A stretch of 64,000 nucleotides of DNA from Promethearchaeota archaeon (GCA_048939995.1 JBHLOY010000002.1:160001-224000), one strand, 5' to 3'. Counted from the stretch's first letter, positions 28,851 through 39,267 are shown. Numbers and translations are program-made. The notes: generated by a model not told the origin, from the sequence alone.

Positions 28851-30002
28851 ATGAATTTAGAAGATGATCCGTTTTTAAAAATTTCAAGCTCTATAATTAA
28901 TCCCCATATTGAGGAATGGCAGAAATCTAATAAAAAGATCGTAGGATTTTATTGCACTTATCTTCCCGAGGAGTTACTTTATGCAGCAGATTTATTACCT
29001 TTTCGAATAAGAGCAACAGGAACGAAAGATACTGATTTGGGAGATATTTATATGGTTCGCTTCACTTGCTCTTTTGTAAGGGCAACTTTGGATTTAGCTC
29101 TAAGAGGTGGTTACGATTTCCTTGATGGGTTCTTAGTATGTAATAGCTGCGACCACAGCAGACGTATGTTTGAATTATTTGATTTAAAAGTATTTAATCG
29201 AGACAATTTTAACAAGAAGGTTCCACAATTTTATTTGGCTTTACCGCATGTCATTACAGATGAAGGTTTCGAATGGTACAAAAAAGAAGTAGAAGAATTA
29301 AAAGTAGAATTGGAGAGTAGTTATCAGATTCAACAAATTACAGAAGATAAATTACTAGAATCAATAGAAGTATATAATGAAAATCGAAAACTACTAAGAG
29401 AACTCCATAAATTGAGAGTCCAAGAAACACCTAAACTAACAGGAACAGAAGCTCTACAAATCAATATGGCTAATTCTTCTGTTCCAAAAGATATTGCCAA
29501 TATGGAGTTAAATAGACTACTAAATCTTTTAGAAAATCGAGATCCTATAGAAACAAGCGGTAAAAAGAGAATCTTATTGGTTGGAAGTGTAGTAGATGAC
29601 CTTGAATTTACACGTTTAATTGAAAAGTCAGGAGCATTTATTGCCTCAGATTTTCTCTGTTTTGGTACTCGTAACTTTATGGATGATGTTCAATTAATAA
29701 ATCATAGCGATGCTTTAGAAAGCATAACCAAGCGGCTTTATTACAGGTTGTCATGCCCCAGAATGATGGATGACCATTCTAGACGGTTAGATTTCTTAAT
29801 AGAGGAGATAAATCATGCTAGAATTGATGGTGTCCTTTTACAGAGAATTAATAATTGCGATCTACATGGTTGTGATAATATGCTCTTTTATCATGAATTA
29901 AAGGATTTAGATGTTCCTGTGTTAAATATAGACAGAGAATTCTATCAATCCGATACTACTCGCTTACAAACCAGAATTGAAGCTTTCATTGAAATGATCT
30001 AA
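28851..30002 (+). CDS. 2-hydroxyacyl-CoA dehydratase family subunit (HgdB/BcrC/BadD-like)
   Basis: VGFYCTYLPEELLYAA, TCSFVR, NSCD, FLCFG, SCPRM, NNCDLHG, QTRIEAFIEM. Confidence 0.88.
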   Translation: MNLEDDPFLKISSSIINPHIEEWQKSNKKIVGFYCTYLPEELLYAADLLPFRIRATGTKDTDLGDIYMVRFTCSFVRATLDLALRGGYDFLDGFLVCNSCDHSRRMFELFDLKVFNRDNFNKKVPQFYLALPHVITDEGFEWYKKEVEELKVELESSYQIQQITEDKLLESIEVYNENRKLLRELHKLRVQETPKLTGTEALQINMANSSVPKDIANMELNRLLNLLENRDPIETSGKKRILLVGSVVDDLEFTRLIEKSGAFIASDFLCFGTRNFMDDVQLINHSDALESITKRLYYRLSCPRMMDDHSRRLDFLIEEINHARIDGVLLQRINNCDLHGCDNMLFYHELKDLDVPVLNIDREFYQSDTTRLQTRIEAFIEMI

Positions 30003-30025
30003 AAATCTTTAATAATGGTGAAATC

Positions 30026-31315
30026 ATGGTAAATAAAACAAATAATGTGAATCGAATTATACCTTACCAAATGCTCCTTAAAGCTTTATCTACAACTCGT
30101 GAATTACTAGAACGAATTTTACCCGAAGATGGAATTCCATCATTGAAAATTGGCACTAAGAAAATTGAAACCGTCATGCAAAGAAATATTGAAAAAGCAG
30201 AAGAAGGTCTCCCAATTGTAGGATACCATTTTTCACTTCCAGCTGAATATCTAAAATGTTTTGATTGTGTCCCTGTATGTGTGGAGGGAACTTCATACTT
30301 TCTTGCGACATTTTTGGAGGGGGGGATAGAAAATTATTATGATTTAATGAATAGTTGGGGGCATCCTTTCCATACATGTACCTCACAAAAAGGTTCAATG
30401 GCAATGACTTTAGATGATCTATTTCACTTTGATGCGTTATTCTGTCCCACTGCACCATGTGACTGTACCATAGCCTCTTACCCATTTTTTAAGTATAAGA
30501 AGAAATTTCCACTAATAATGGTTGATTTACCATACTTACACGAAGAAAAAAGCTATAGATATTATGCAGAGCAACTTCAAATTGGTTTAGAAAAACTTGG
30601 AAAAATTATAGGGCAAGAACCAGATTATAATCGTTTAAAAGAAGCAATTGAAATAGAAAATCGCGTAAATAGGTTAAAGCTAGATCTATTTGACTTAGTA
30701 AAAGCTAAGCCTAGCCCAATTGAAAATATGTTCAATGCAGTATCTGCGGGAGCATCCATTTTTATCTCTGGAACTAAAGAGAATGAAGAATTTTATAATG
30801 AGATGTTATCAGTTGCTAAAGATCGATATAAAAACGGCAAACACCACGGAAGAGATGAAATTGTCCGTTCCATTTGGCCTTATATGATAACATTCTTCTC
30901 TGTTGACCTATTAGAATGGTTAGATAGAGAATTGGGTCTAAGCGTACTATTTGATATTTTCAACTATAATTTTTCAGATCCCATCAATACAAAATCTGAT
31001 TTAGAATCAATGTTTTATGGGATGGCGAAAAAGGGGATGAATTTTCCTATGGTACGACAATCTACAGAATTCTACAATCCATTTATAAAATATTGCGTCA
31101 AGTTTGCCAAAGAATTTTCTGCCGATTGCTTCATCTATACTCAGAGTATAGCGTGTAAACAATTTGGTTCAATGGGAACCTTACTACGTGAAGCGCTGAG
31201 GGAAGAGGTTGGAATTTCTATGCTACTTATAGAATTTGACGCTGGAGATGCTCGTATGACCTCTCTTAAAACATTTAAAGAGAAAATATCCTTGTTTGTA
31301 CAAACTTTAATTTAA
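30026..31315 (+). CDS. 2-hydroxyacyl-CoA dehydratase family subunit (HgdA/BcrB/FldB-like)
   Basis: HTCTSQK, APCD, VDLP, ACKQ, IEFDAGDAR. Confidence 0.82.
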   Translation: MVNKTNNVNRIIPYQMLLKALSTTRELLERILPEDGIPSLKIGTKKIETVMQRNIEKAEEGLPIVGYHFSLPAEYLKCFDCVPVCVEGTSYFLATFLEGGIENYYDLMNSWGHPFHTCTSQKGSMAMTLDDLFHFDALFCPTAPCDCTIASYPFFKYKKKFPLIMVDLPYLHEEKSYRYYAEQLQIGLEKLGKIIGQEPDYNRLKEAIEIENRVNRLKLDLFDLVKAKPSPIENMFNAVSAGASIFISGTKENEEFYNEMLSVAKDRYKNGKHHGRDEIVRSIWPYMITFFSVDLLEWLDRELGLSVLFDIFNYNFSDPINTKSDLESMFYGMAKKGMNFPMVRQSTEFYNPFIKYCVKFAKEFSADCFIYTQSIACKQFGSMGTLLREALREEVGISMLLIEFDAGDARMTSLKTFKEKISLFVQTLI

Positions 31316-31332
31316 CACCCTATAATTTTCTT

Positions 31333-31671
31333 TCAAAAAAATCTTTCAAGAAAATTTTGATAAAATGTAGCATTAGTCAAAGAACTAATGAATATAGATA
31401 TTAAAAGTACCATTAAAAGAAAAAAGCCAACAAATAAAAAATAGATGCTAATAGTTCCAGTCTTATTAAACATAGACAAAATTGATCCAGCAATTAAAAC
31501 AGGTAAGAAACTAAAAAGTGAGAAAATAACTAAATAATTAAACGTTATATATACTATATTCTCTAACCCAAAACGATACAGCAAAAAAGGGTACAAAATT
31601 GTTAAGAAAAAAAATATCAATATTATAGTTAAAATACAAAATACAATAAAATGACCCTTTTTTTTATCCAT
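31333..31671 (-). CDS. small membrane protein (about 3 TM)
   Basis: 112-aa hydrophobic ORF with ATG start. Confidence 0.55.
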   Translation of the reverse strand: MDKKKGHFIVFCILTIILIFFFLTILYPFLLYRFGLENIVYITFNYLVIFSLFSFLPVLIAGSILSMFNKTGTISIYFLFVGFFLLMVLLISIFISSLTNATFYQNFLERFF

Positions 31672-31752
31672 TTTAAAAAATTTATGAATCTGATTTATTG
31701 ATTAAATAAATCTATGGTAGGGTTAAAAAATTTTTGAGAGTTAAATAAATCA

Positions 31753-31844
31753 TATAATTTTTTTGCTTTAGTGTATTCTTATATTAAACTATAACTAGCT
31801 TTTGTAGGTAATTAATACTTGAGAGAGGATTTAAGTAATTTTTC
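31753..31844 (+). pseudogene. truncated duplicate of the promoter and first ~9 codons of the DUF6125 gene at 32682
   Basis: Identical 18-mer tataatttttttgcttta at 31753 and 32616, each exactly 66 nt before a TTG; 31819-31844 matches 32682-32707 at 24/26 nt, then similarity stops. Confidence 0.75.
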
Positions 31845-32177
31845 AAGCAAAATTTTCTTTCAGTTCCATAGGAGTTCCACAAAAATATTAGTTAATCTTT
31901 TGGTGAGTGTTTTGTTTCATCCTTTCTTAATGTGTTTCTTCATGTTAAAGTATAAGCTTGGTAAAATCAGTAGATATATAAATTTTTCATCTAATTTTTA
32001 GGAATCTTAAAAAATCAATCTATATTTCTTCATTCAAAAATTACTATAATAATTTACTAATGACATCTACTCTGATTTATAGAAAATCACGAGAAATATC
32101 TTATAGTATTTAAAACTGTTATATGTGTTTTTAAACCAATCCTAGAAATAATTATAATCCGAAATACTACCCTTACT

Positions 32178-32558
32178 TCAAAGAGGCTTTTCTAGCTCAT
32201 ATACTTCTGGAGTTTCAAACAGAACCACATCATGCTTGAAATAGGGATTGATTCTTCCTGATAGCTTTTTTGGAATTCTAATGTATCGAACACCAATCCC
32301 ACGGAGGTCTACAAGTTCTCTTCTTTTTAATATGATTATAGATTCTTCTGTATAATATTCTCCTCCATTACTATTTATGTACGAGCTTAGTTCGCTAAGG
32401 ATTTTTTTACAACCCTCCTTCTCGAGTAAATTCTTTCCATCTGGAGATGTTGTTTTAAGTAATATATAATTTGTCTCTTCATCTTGTCTTCTTTTTAACA
32501 TGGTTTGTCCCTCAAGATTCTTGTATAAAATTTTTGACTTTAAAGTAATATAATTCAT
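32178..32558 (-). CDS. hypothetical protein
   Basis: 126-aa ORF (an internal ATG at MLKRRQ may be the true start); no motif recognised. Confidence 0.5.
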   Translation of the reverse strand: MNYITLKSKILYKNLEGQTMLKRRQDEETNYILLKTTSPDGKNLLEKEGCKKILSELSSYINSNGGEYYTEESIIILKRRELVDLRGIGVRYIRIPKKLSGRINPYFKHDVVLFETPEVYELEKPL

Positions 32559-32681
32559 TTATTATTTTAAGTTATTGTTTTAAATTTAGGATTAAAAGAT
32601 AATACTTCTAATTCGTATAATTTTTTTGCTTTACTTTATTTTTATATTCATTAATTACTTATTTTAATTGGGAATAGAAGT

Positions 32682-33197
32682 TTGAGAGAAGATTTAAGTG
32701 ATTTTTCCCGAGAACAATTACTAGATTATATTGAGCATCTTTCTAAGATGTGGTTAGCGATCGATGGCACATGGTTTCAAGCTATTGAAAAAGAATACGG
32801 CCTTGATAAAGCAATAGATATTGACGTTAAACAATGGAAAAGATTCACTATAATTGAAGCTAAAAGAATAATGGACTTACTTAGACTTCCTGAAAAAGGT
32901 GGAATTCCTGCTTTAATTCAGGCACTCAAATTTAGGGTATATGCAAATATTAATGTACAAGAAATTATAGAAATATCAGAAAATCGATGCGTATTTCGAA
33001 TGAATAACTGTCGAGTTCAATATGCTAGAAAGAGTAGAAATCTTCCAGACTTTCCTTGTAAACCAGTTGGATTAGTAGAGTATGGTGATTTTGCAAAGAC
33101 TATAGACTCTCGAATTGAGACAAATTGTATTTCTTGTCCCCCAGATTCACATCCCGAAGAATATTACTGTGCTTGGGAATTTGTATTGGAAGAATAG
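32682..33197 (+). CDS. DUF6125-family protein (Cys-containing, probably metal-binding)
   Basis: WLAIDGTWF, EAKRI, CRVQ.AR..DFPCK, CISCPPD.HP..YCAWEF. Confidence 0.8.
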   Translation: MREDLSDFSREQLLDYIEHLSKMWLAIDGTWFQAIEKEYGLDKAIDIDVKQWKRFTIIEAKRIMDLLRLPEKGGIPALIQALKFRVYANINVQEIIEISENRCVFRMNNCRVQYARKSRNLPDFPCKPVGLVEYGDFAKTIDSRIETNCISCPPDSHPEEYYCAWEFVLEE

Positions 33198-33298
33198 CTA
33201 TTTTTTCTAATATAAGTTCATTGGAAATATCTAAATATATAGTATAAATTTAATTTGAATAACAATTTAAAGTAAATCAAAAATTAAGTGAAGTAACT

Positions 33299-34321
33299 AT
33301 GTTTGATAAATCCAATTGCGAAAATTGTGAAAAAATTGATTGTTTAACCCGCTGCCAATGGATAGAGTTTGCTAATGTAGAAGAAGCACGAGAAGAAAAG
33401 AATAAATTAATTAATGGAGAAAATTCTCGAGTATTATCAGAATGTGTGACTTGTTTTGCATGTGATGAATATTGTCCCTACAATTCTCATCCCTTTGATT
33501 TAATTACAGAACTACAAGAAAAATATAATTCTTTAGATATTAATCCAACAATTTTAGAAAATACCATTAAGCAATTTGCTCCCCATGAACAACTTCGATT
33601 AAAAGAAATTGATTCGAATAAATCAGTATTAAATAAATGTGGATTTGGAAAATTAAATGCTCAAAATATGGAAGGGAAGCTATTTGAAAATCTACAATAT
33701 GTAAGTGGGCTTGATTTTTTTTGTAATTTAATGTACCATCATTATGCTAAAGATTCCATGATTAAACAAAGAGCTCCAATAATCTTAAGTAATATTGAAA
33801 AGCAAGGTATTAAGGAGCTGATCTGTTACCATGATGAATGTTATGGCTTTTATGCTTCATATTGCCCCCGTAATAATATAACCTTACCAAAAGATTTCAA
33901 GGCTACTCATATTTATGAATATCTTTATAACTATTTGAAAGAACATAAGTCTGAGATAAATAAACTTAATATGAAAATCGCTTATCAGAGATCTTGTTCG
34001 AATCGATTTATCCCTGAGGTAGATGAATGGGCAGATAAGATTTTTGAATTAATAGGAGTTGAAAGAGTATCCAGAAAATATGATCGTGAGAACGCGATGT
34101 GTTGCGCTGGGATATTTGCAACTCTCGGTAAAAAACCCTTAATGCGCAAAGCTCAGAGTGAAAACATCGAAGATATGATAGAATATGGTGCTAAAGCATG
34201 TGTATATAATTGTCCTATGTGCAAAGAATCTCTTGGATCGAAAGCAGAAAGAAAAGGCTTAAAAAATTACTTATTAAGTGATTTATGTCGATTAGCATTA
34301 GGAGAAGAAATCACTTATTAA
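33299..34321 (+). CDS. (Fe-S)-binding protein with ferredoxin-like and CCG domains (HdrD/GlpC-like)
   Basis: CENC..DCLTRC, CVTCFACDEYCP, AYQRSC, AMCCAG, NCPMC. Confidence 0.82.
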   Translation: MFDKSNCENCEKIDCLTRCQWIEFANVEEAREEKNKLINGENSRVLSECVTCFACDEYCPYNSHPFDLITELQEKYNSLDINPTILENTIKQFAPHEQLRLKEIDSNKSVLNKCGFGKLNAQNMEGKLFENLQYVSGLDFFCNLMYHHYAKDSMIKQRAPIILSNIEKQGIKELICYHDECYGFYASYCPRNNITLPKDFKATHIYEYLYNYLKEHKSEINKLNMKIAYQRSCSNRFIPEVDEWADKIFELIGVERVSRKYDRENAMCCAGIFATLGKKPLMRKAQSENIEDMIEYGAKACVYNCPMCKESLGSKAERKGLKNYLLSDLCRLALGEEITY

Positions 34322-34445
34322 AATCATACAAACTCGGAAAAAATAGGGAAAAAATTAGGTAATCTTAAACAATAAAAAAAATTTTTATCTTAGAAAACAT
34401 AAAACAACCTAATAGTAAAATGAAAATTTATTTGGGAAATGTGTT

Positions 34446-34862
34446 ATGTCTGAAGAAGAAATTAGGACAAAAATTAGCGATTTAAAGGATGATATAACTC
34501 GTATCGAGGAAGACGCGACTAAAAAGGAAGCAAACGCGGAGAAAGAGATTGAAGAAGATTGGGATCATAAAATAAATGATACTAAGTCAAACCTAGAAAC
34601 TGCTGAAACGGACCTAAAAGAAGCGGTTGAAAAGTCAAACGAATGGTTTTCCAAGAAAAATAGGTTAACTGTGGAGGTTAAAGCGTATAAAAAGGAATAT
34701 GCTAACTTAATAAAAGGGAAAGATAAAGCTCTTAAAGATAAATTAACAAATATTGAAAAAGAAAAGAAAACCAAGATCAAAACAAAAGAGAAGGAAATTA
34801 GTACATTAGAGAAACAATTAGAAAAGCTAGAAAATGAAAAATTAAAGCAGAATTTAAGCTAA
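34446..34862 (+). CDS. coiled-coil hypothetical protein
   Basis: 138-aa K/E-rich heptad-like sequence. Confidence 0.65.
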   Translation: MSEEEIRTKISDLKDDITRIEEDATKKEANAEKEIEEDWDHKINDTKSNLETAETDLKEAVEKSNEWFSKKNRLTVEVKAYKKEYANLIKGKDKALKDKLTNIEKEKKTKIKTKEKEISTLEKQLEKLENEKLKQNLS

Positions 34863-34912
34863 TCCCTTGATTTTTTATTAAAATTTTATTTTATAATTAC
34901 TATTTTTGAATA

Positions 34913-35467
34913 ATGATACTACTCATTGGTTTTGAAAAATTTGGTCAATATAGTCAAAATCCTAGTGAACAAATTGTAAGATCTTTTCCCGATAAGATTC
35001 AAAATCAAGTTTTTATAAAAAAAATTCTGCCAGTTAGTTGGAAAAGATGTATCACAATTTATAGAGACCTTATTAGAACAAGGAAATGCTCTTTGGTAAT
35101 ATTAACTGGAGTTTATACTGGTAAAACCATTTTAATTGAGAAATTTGGGTGGAATCTCGCGTTTGGATTGGATAATTATCATCAATTTAAATTAGGATTT
35201 ATTCGACTACCTAAACCAATTAGATTAAAATCAATTATAAACTTGGTAGATTTATTTAATCACCTCCCAGATCAGAATAATATTTTAATTTCAAGTTATG
35301 CAGGAAGCTATTTGTGTAATTTCTTATACTATTGGGCTTTATTCTTAGCACAAAAAAATTATCCAGTAATTTTCATTCACATACCAGCCAAATCTAATCT
35401 CGAAATTATAAAAGAAAGGATTTCTCAAATAATTGAGGCTCTAATTAATATCTTATTTATAAATTAA
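34913..35467 (+). CDS. pcp: pyroglutamyl-peptidase I (peptidase C15) family
   Basis: LLIGFEKFG..NPS, LPVSW, catalytic Glu (ILIEK), AGSYLCNFLYY (Cys) and FIHIP (His). Confidence 0.85.
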   Translation: MILLIGFEKFGQYSQNPSEQIVRSFPDKIQNQVFIKKILPVSWKRCITIYRDLIRTRKCSLVILTGVYTGKTILIEKFGWNLAFGLDNYHQFKLGFIRLPKPIRLKSIINLVDLFNHLPDQNNILISSYAGSYLCNFLYYWALFLAQKNYPVIFIHIPAKSNLEIIKERISQIIEALINILFIN

Positions 35468-35657
35468 GTGGCAATTTTTGCCCTTTTTCATTTAAAAAAT
35501 CTTTTGAGATGTCTTTTTGGATCTTTAACTCATCATATAACCAACTTAATAGTCGCAATTTAGCATTATAAAGTTCAATTTCCTCCTCAAACAATTCCAT
35601 GTTTAGTTCCCAAATCTGTATTGATATTGGATGATCTAAATTGCTTAGAAAATACAT
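35457..35657 (-). CDS. small hypothetical protein
   Basis: 66-aa ORF 24 bp downstream of the 35682 gene on the same strand; overlaps the pcp stop. Confidence 0.4.
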   Translation of the reverse strand: MYFLSNLDHPISIQIWELNMELFEEEIELYNAKLRLLSWLYDELKIQKDISKDFLNEKGQKLPLNL

Positions 35658-35681
35658 ATTTATTATTATAATATAAGGATA

Positions 35682-36638
35682 TTATTCACTTGTTCTATCT
35701 TTCAATTCCTTTAATTCGGGTATGGTGAAACGTGGAAGATTATATGTTGAGAATCTTTTATAGATCTGCTTTTTTTTACGTGATAGAAGCGTTTCATAGA
35801 GGTAAATAGGAATTGCAAGAAGCCCAGTTACGATAATTGGCAGGAAAAGCACAATTAATGGAGTCAAAATTGCTGGGTCAAAAAGTACTGGTGAGTTTAT
35901 AATTATCTCAAAAGTTAAAATTATCTGACGGATATAAGCAAATATTGTCGCAAGACCAGTATATGTCTCTAACACTTTAAAATATGAGAGATGTACACCC
36001 TCAATTACAGGAGTTCGACGTTGATCTGGAAAGGTTCTATATATCATCAACCCACTATCTTCTAAAAGCCAAATCGGCAGGAAAATAAGTGAGCAAAAAG
36101 ATGCGACAAAAAAAGTCATAAAAAATGTAGCCTCAGCAGTATAGAGTGGTAAGAGATCTGGATCATAAGTTGATGGTAAGACCATTCTAAACATTTGAGG
36201 AGGGACATTGAAAATTGATCTATATATTTGCATAATAATTATTGCTGTACTAAAGGTGAAAAGACTTAAAATTAATGCTCGATATAGAATTCGGCTAGAT
36301 TTGATATCGTTCTTCAAATCCAAAAATCCATATTCAGGTTTTTTCCTCAATATGAAAGATATCTTGTTTATTTTAAATAAAAGTTGGAGCAAATAAGGAG
36401 AAATAAAGTAAAAGATAAAATAGCACAATATAGGGAAAACGTAGAAAAGGATAATATCTGTATATATTGGACCAGGGAGTAGAGGAAGAAACCAACGTAT
36501 ATATTCAATTGGGATTAAATCTAAACTTGGATTATTAAAAGTTAGAATTCCTAAAATTAGAAAAGATACAAATACAATTAAAGAGAATAAAAAGCATATA
36601 AAAATAGGTAAATACTTCTTTTCCAAATATCTCACCAT
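35682..36638 (-). CDS. polytopic membrane protein of unknown function
   Basis: About 6 hydrophobic segments; PIWLLEDSG motif. Confidence 0.7.
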   Translation of the reverse strand: MVRYLEKKYLPIFICFLFSLIVFVSFLILGILTFNNPSLDLIPIEYIRWFLPLLPGPIYTDIILFYVFPILCYFIFYFISPYLLQLLFKINKISFILRKKPEYGFLDLKNDIKSSRILYRALILSLFTFSTAIIIMQIYRSIFNVPPQMFRMVLPSTYDPDLLPLYTAEATFFMTFFVASFCSLIFLPIWLLEDSGLMIYRTFPDQRRTPVIEGVHLSYFKVLETYTGLATIFAYIRQIILTFEIIINSPVLFDPAILTPLIVLFLPIIVTGLLAIPIYLYETLLSRKKKQIYKRFSTYNLPRFTIPELKELKDRTSE

Positions 36639-36659
36639 TTAATTTAAATTTTTTTTTAT

Positions 36660-37076
36660 TTAATTTATTTTGAACTGATCTTTAATTTTATCAAGGTTAT
36701 AAGCGATATTCTCAATTGGTTCACCATCAATAACCATATCTATCTTCTCGATTAATTCTTTTGGAAATATTTCTACTTCTAAAATTTCATCCCTAAATTC
36801 TTTAAAATGATCTGTTACTACATAATCACTCGTGCTTCTTTTTGCATTAAACTCATTCATAACCAATTTTTCAAAAACATCAAGCACGTGGTTCATAATT
36901 TGACTTTCTAGTTGAATTACTTCTTGTTTAACATCATCAATCATATGGCCATATTTTTTATTGACTTCTGCCAAAGCCGCTTGTCGTTCTTCTTCAATTT
37001 TATCGATCTTCGGTTTAAGCTGGTGTTTTTTTCTTTCTAATTCTTCAAGTTTAGATTTGATATCTTTTACTGCCAT
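36660..37076 (-). CDS. hypothetical protein with N-terminal coiled coil
   Basis: 138-aa ORF in the same-strand run. Confidence 0.65.
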   Translation of the reverse strand: MAVKDIKSKLEELERKKHQLKPKIDKIEEERQAALAEVNKKYGHMIDDVKQEVIQLESQIMNHVLDVFEKLVMNEFNAKRSTSDYVVTDHFKEFRDEILEVEIFPKELIEKIDMVIDGEPIENIAYNLDKIKDQFKIN

Positions 37077-37168
37077 AATTAATCTTCAAAATTTATTAAT
37101 TACCATTTTAAACTTAAAACTTACTTAAAAGTTTATTTGTAAAAATTAGATCAAAAATTTTTAATAAC

Positions 37169-38086
37169 TCATGATCTTTTTTTGTCTAAAAAATTTAAGA
37201 TTCCATTTATCGAATTTCTAATAAAAATCAATTCAAAGTCTTGACTCTTGTAGTCTAGTAACTTGATATTTGCAAAAAGCTTATCTATTTTTTCTAATTC
37301 TGAAATTATAATGTTATAAAACTTGGAATCATCCCGCAGGTGATTAAATTTCCCTATTACATCCACCCATATTGAAAGTTGATTTTTTGCTGTCTGTAAC
37401 ATTTTTTCAGCATTCTCTCTTTTTCCATAATGCGGATAACAGATTAAATAGTTCTTTAAATTTTCATTTAATAATTTTTGAATTGAAACCTTCCAGGAAT
37501 CATAATCAAAAGTCGGTGGTGTTGCTGGACGAAGATAGAACTTTCCTGCTAATTCTTTATGAGTTCCACCAATTTCACCTGCAAATAAAATGTTATTAAA
37601 TAAATATGACTGATGATGGGAAGCATGTCCTAAAGTTTCAATAATTTTGATGTTTTTCTCACCAACGTCAGGAAGGGTCACAAACCTTTCCTCTGGGATT
37701 GGAATTATATCTTCATAAATTTTAGCCATTTCACCTAATGTTTTAACACTAAGAGCCAATAATCTTTCAGGGTTTACTAGATGCTTGATTCCTCTCGGAT
37801 GACAAACAATTTTAGCAACAGGAAAATAGGATACTAATTTTCCCGTCCCCCCTGCATGATCCATATGTATATGGGTTAATATTATATACTTTAAGTCATT
37901 TTTTCCAATTTTTAAAGTATCTAGAGCTATTTTTAATGAATCTATTAATACAGAAGGACCTGGATCTACAAGAAAACTAAATGTGACATCTTTATAAATC
38001 CAAGTGCTAAGAAAGTTCTTGATCCCTAATTTTTCTAAATCTAAACGAACTTCATATAGATTATTAGTGATTTTAAAGATTTTCAT
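37169..38086 (-). CDS. MBL-fold metallo-hydrolase
   Basis: LVDPGP, THIHMDHAGG, HPRG..HLVNP, TLGHASHH, YPHYG. Confidence 0.9.
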   Translation of the reverse strand: MKIFKITNNLYEVRLDLEKLGIKNFLSTWIYKDVTFSFLVDPGPSVLIDSLKIALDTLKIGKNDLKYIILTHIHMDHAGGTGKLVSYFPVAKIVCHPRGIKHLVNPERLLALSVKTLGEMAKIYEDIIPIPEERFVTLPDVGEKNIKIIETLGHASHHQSYLFNNILFAGEIGGTHKELAGKFYLRPATPPTFDYDSWKVSIQKLLNENLKNYLICYPHYGKRENAEKMLQTAKNQLSIWVDVIGKFNHLRDDSKFYNIIISELEKIDKLFANIKLLDYKSQDFELIFIRNSINGILNFLDKKRS

Positions 38087-38104
38087 GAATAAGAGCAGCT
38101 TTAT

Positions 38105-39136
38105 TTATTTTAAGAGCGAAAAATTTGTGCGGATAGATTTTTCAGCATCTTTAATTATTATTTCGATTAAATCATTTACATCCTCAATAGAATCAATAAT
38201 TCCAATTGATTGACCTAATAATACTGCTCCTGTATCTATATCGCCATTATACACTCTGTCGTAAGCTCCTAGATCCTTTGCTACTTGTTCAGGTGTGATA
38301 GATTGCTCATAAGCAATCATTGCTTCTTTACTAGTTGGAGCTGGGTGTTCTAATGCATATTTATTTTTATATAATCGAATCGGTCCAAAAGCTCCTGTAA
38401 AAAGATCAGTATCCTGGGGGGTTCCAGGGGGTATTAAAGCTTTATATTTAGGATGGAACTCACTTTGTTTACTGGCTATAAATCTAGAACCCATTGCTAT
38501 TGCTCCTGCCCCGAGAGACAAAGCAGCAGCTAAAGCTTGTCCGGTAGCGAAACCACCACAAGCTATTTTAGGTAGATCTGGAAAATATTTGGTAACTTGT
38601 TGTAGTAAAACCAAAGTGGATACTTTTTCATAGGATTGATGTCCTCCTCCTTCAGTGCCAGTAACTACGATGCCATCTACTCCTGAATCAACACATTTCT
38701 TTGCTAACCATACGGCAGGGGCAACATGGAAATGTTTAACTTCAGATTTCTCTCTCAGGTCTTTAAAAGATTTTGACTCAGGAAGTAATTTAGAAGAACC
38801 TGCTGATGTTAACCAATACAAGCATTGTTCTCTCATTTTAGGGTTATTCATAACAATTTTTGGTAAATCGCTTATCATTTCAACAACACCTCTATTATTC
38901 CGAGAAGTCAAAATATTAAGCCCAAATGGTTTATCAGTGTGTTCTATCATATATTCTAAACTTTGCTTATGTTCTTTTACAGGGTCTGTTCCTACTATGT
39001 TCACATTGGATAATACTCCCAAACCTCCCGCTTCGCTTACTGCTAAAGCTAATTCTCGTGTAAAGAAAGGACCCATTGGAGCACTAAAGATAGGATGTTT
39101 TAACCCAAACATTTTGGTGATATTGGTTTCAATCAT
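38105..39136 (-). CDS. nitronate monooxygenase / FabK-type FMN-dependent enoyl-thioester reductase family
   Basis: PIFSAPM, AVSEAGGLG, GTEGGGH, IACGG, LGAGAIAMGSRF, GQSIG. Confidence 0.85.
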   Translation of the reverse strand: MIETNITKMFGLKHPIFSAPMGPFFTRELALAVSEAGGLGVLSNVNIVGTDPVKEHKQSLEYMIEHTDKPFGLNILTSRNNRGVVEMISDLPKIVMNNPKMREQCLYWLTSAGSSKLLPESKSFKDLREKSEVKHFHVAPAVWLAKKCVDSGVDGIVVTGTEGGGHQSYEKVSTLVLLQQVTKYFPDLPKIACGGFATGQALAAALSLGAGAIAMGSRFIASKQSEFHPKYKALIPPGTPQDTDLFTGAFGPIRLYKNKYALEHPAPTSKEAMIAYEQSITPEQVAKDLGAYDRVYNGDIDTGAVLLGQSIGIIDSIEDVNDLIEIIIKDAEKSIRTNFSLLK

Positions 39137-39267
39137 GATCCATTCACATTTAATTATACAATCTTAAAAGTTTAATATCTTATACTTATTAAAAATGATT
39201 TTTGAATATTTTTAAAATCAATTTAGTAAATTAATATTAAAAAAAAGTAGAATTTGAAAGGTATGGT

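Noticed and set aside
31819-32001. 60-aa ORF MREDLSNFSSK... as a real gene
   Set aside because: Only the first ~9 codons match the DUF6125 gene; the rest reads through unrelated sequence, so it is treated as a duplication relic.
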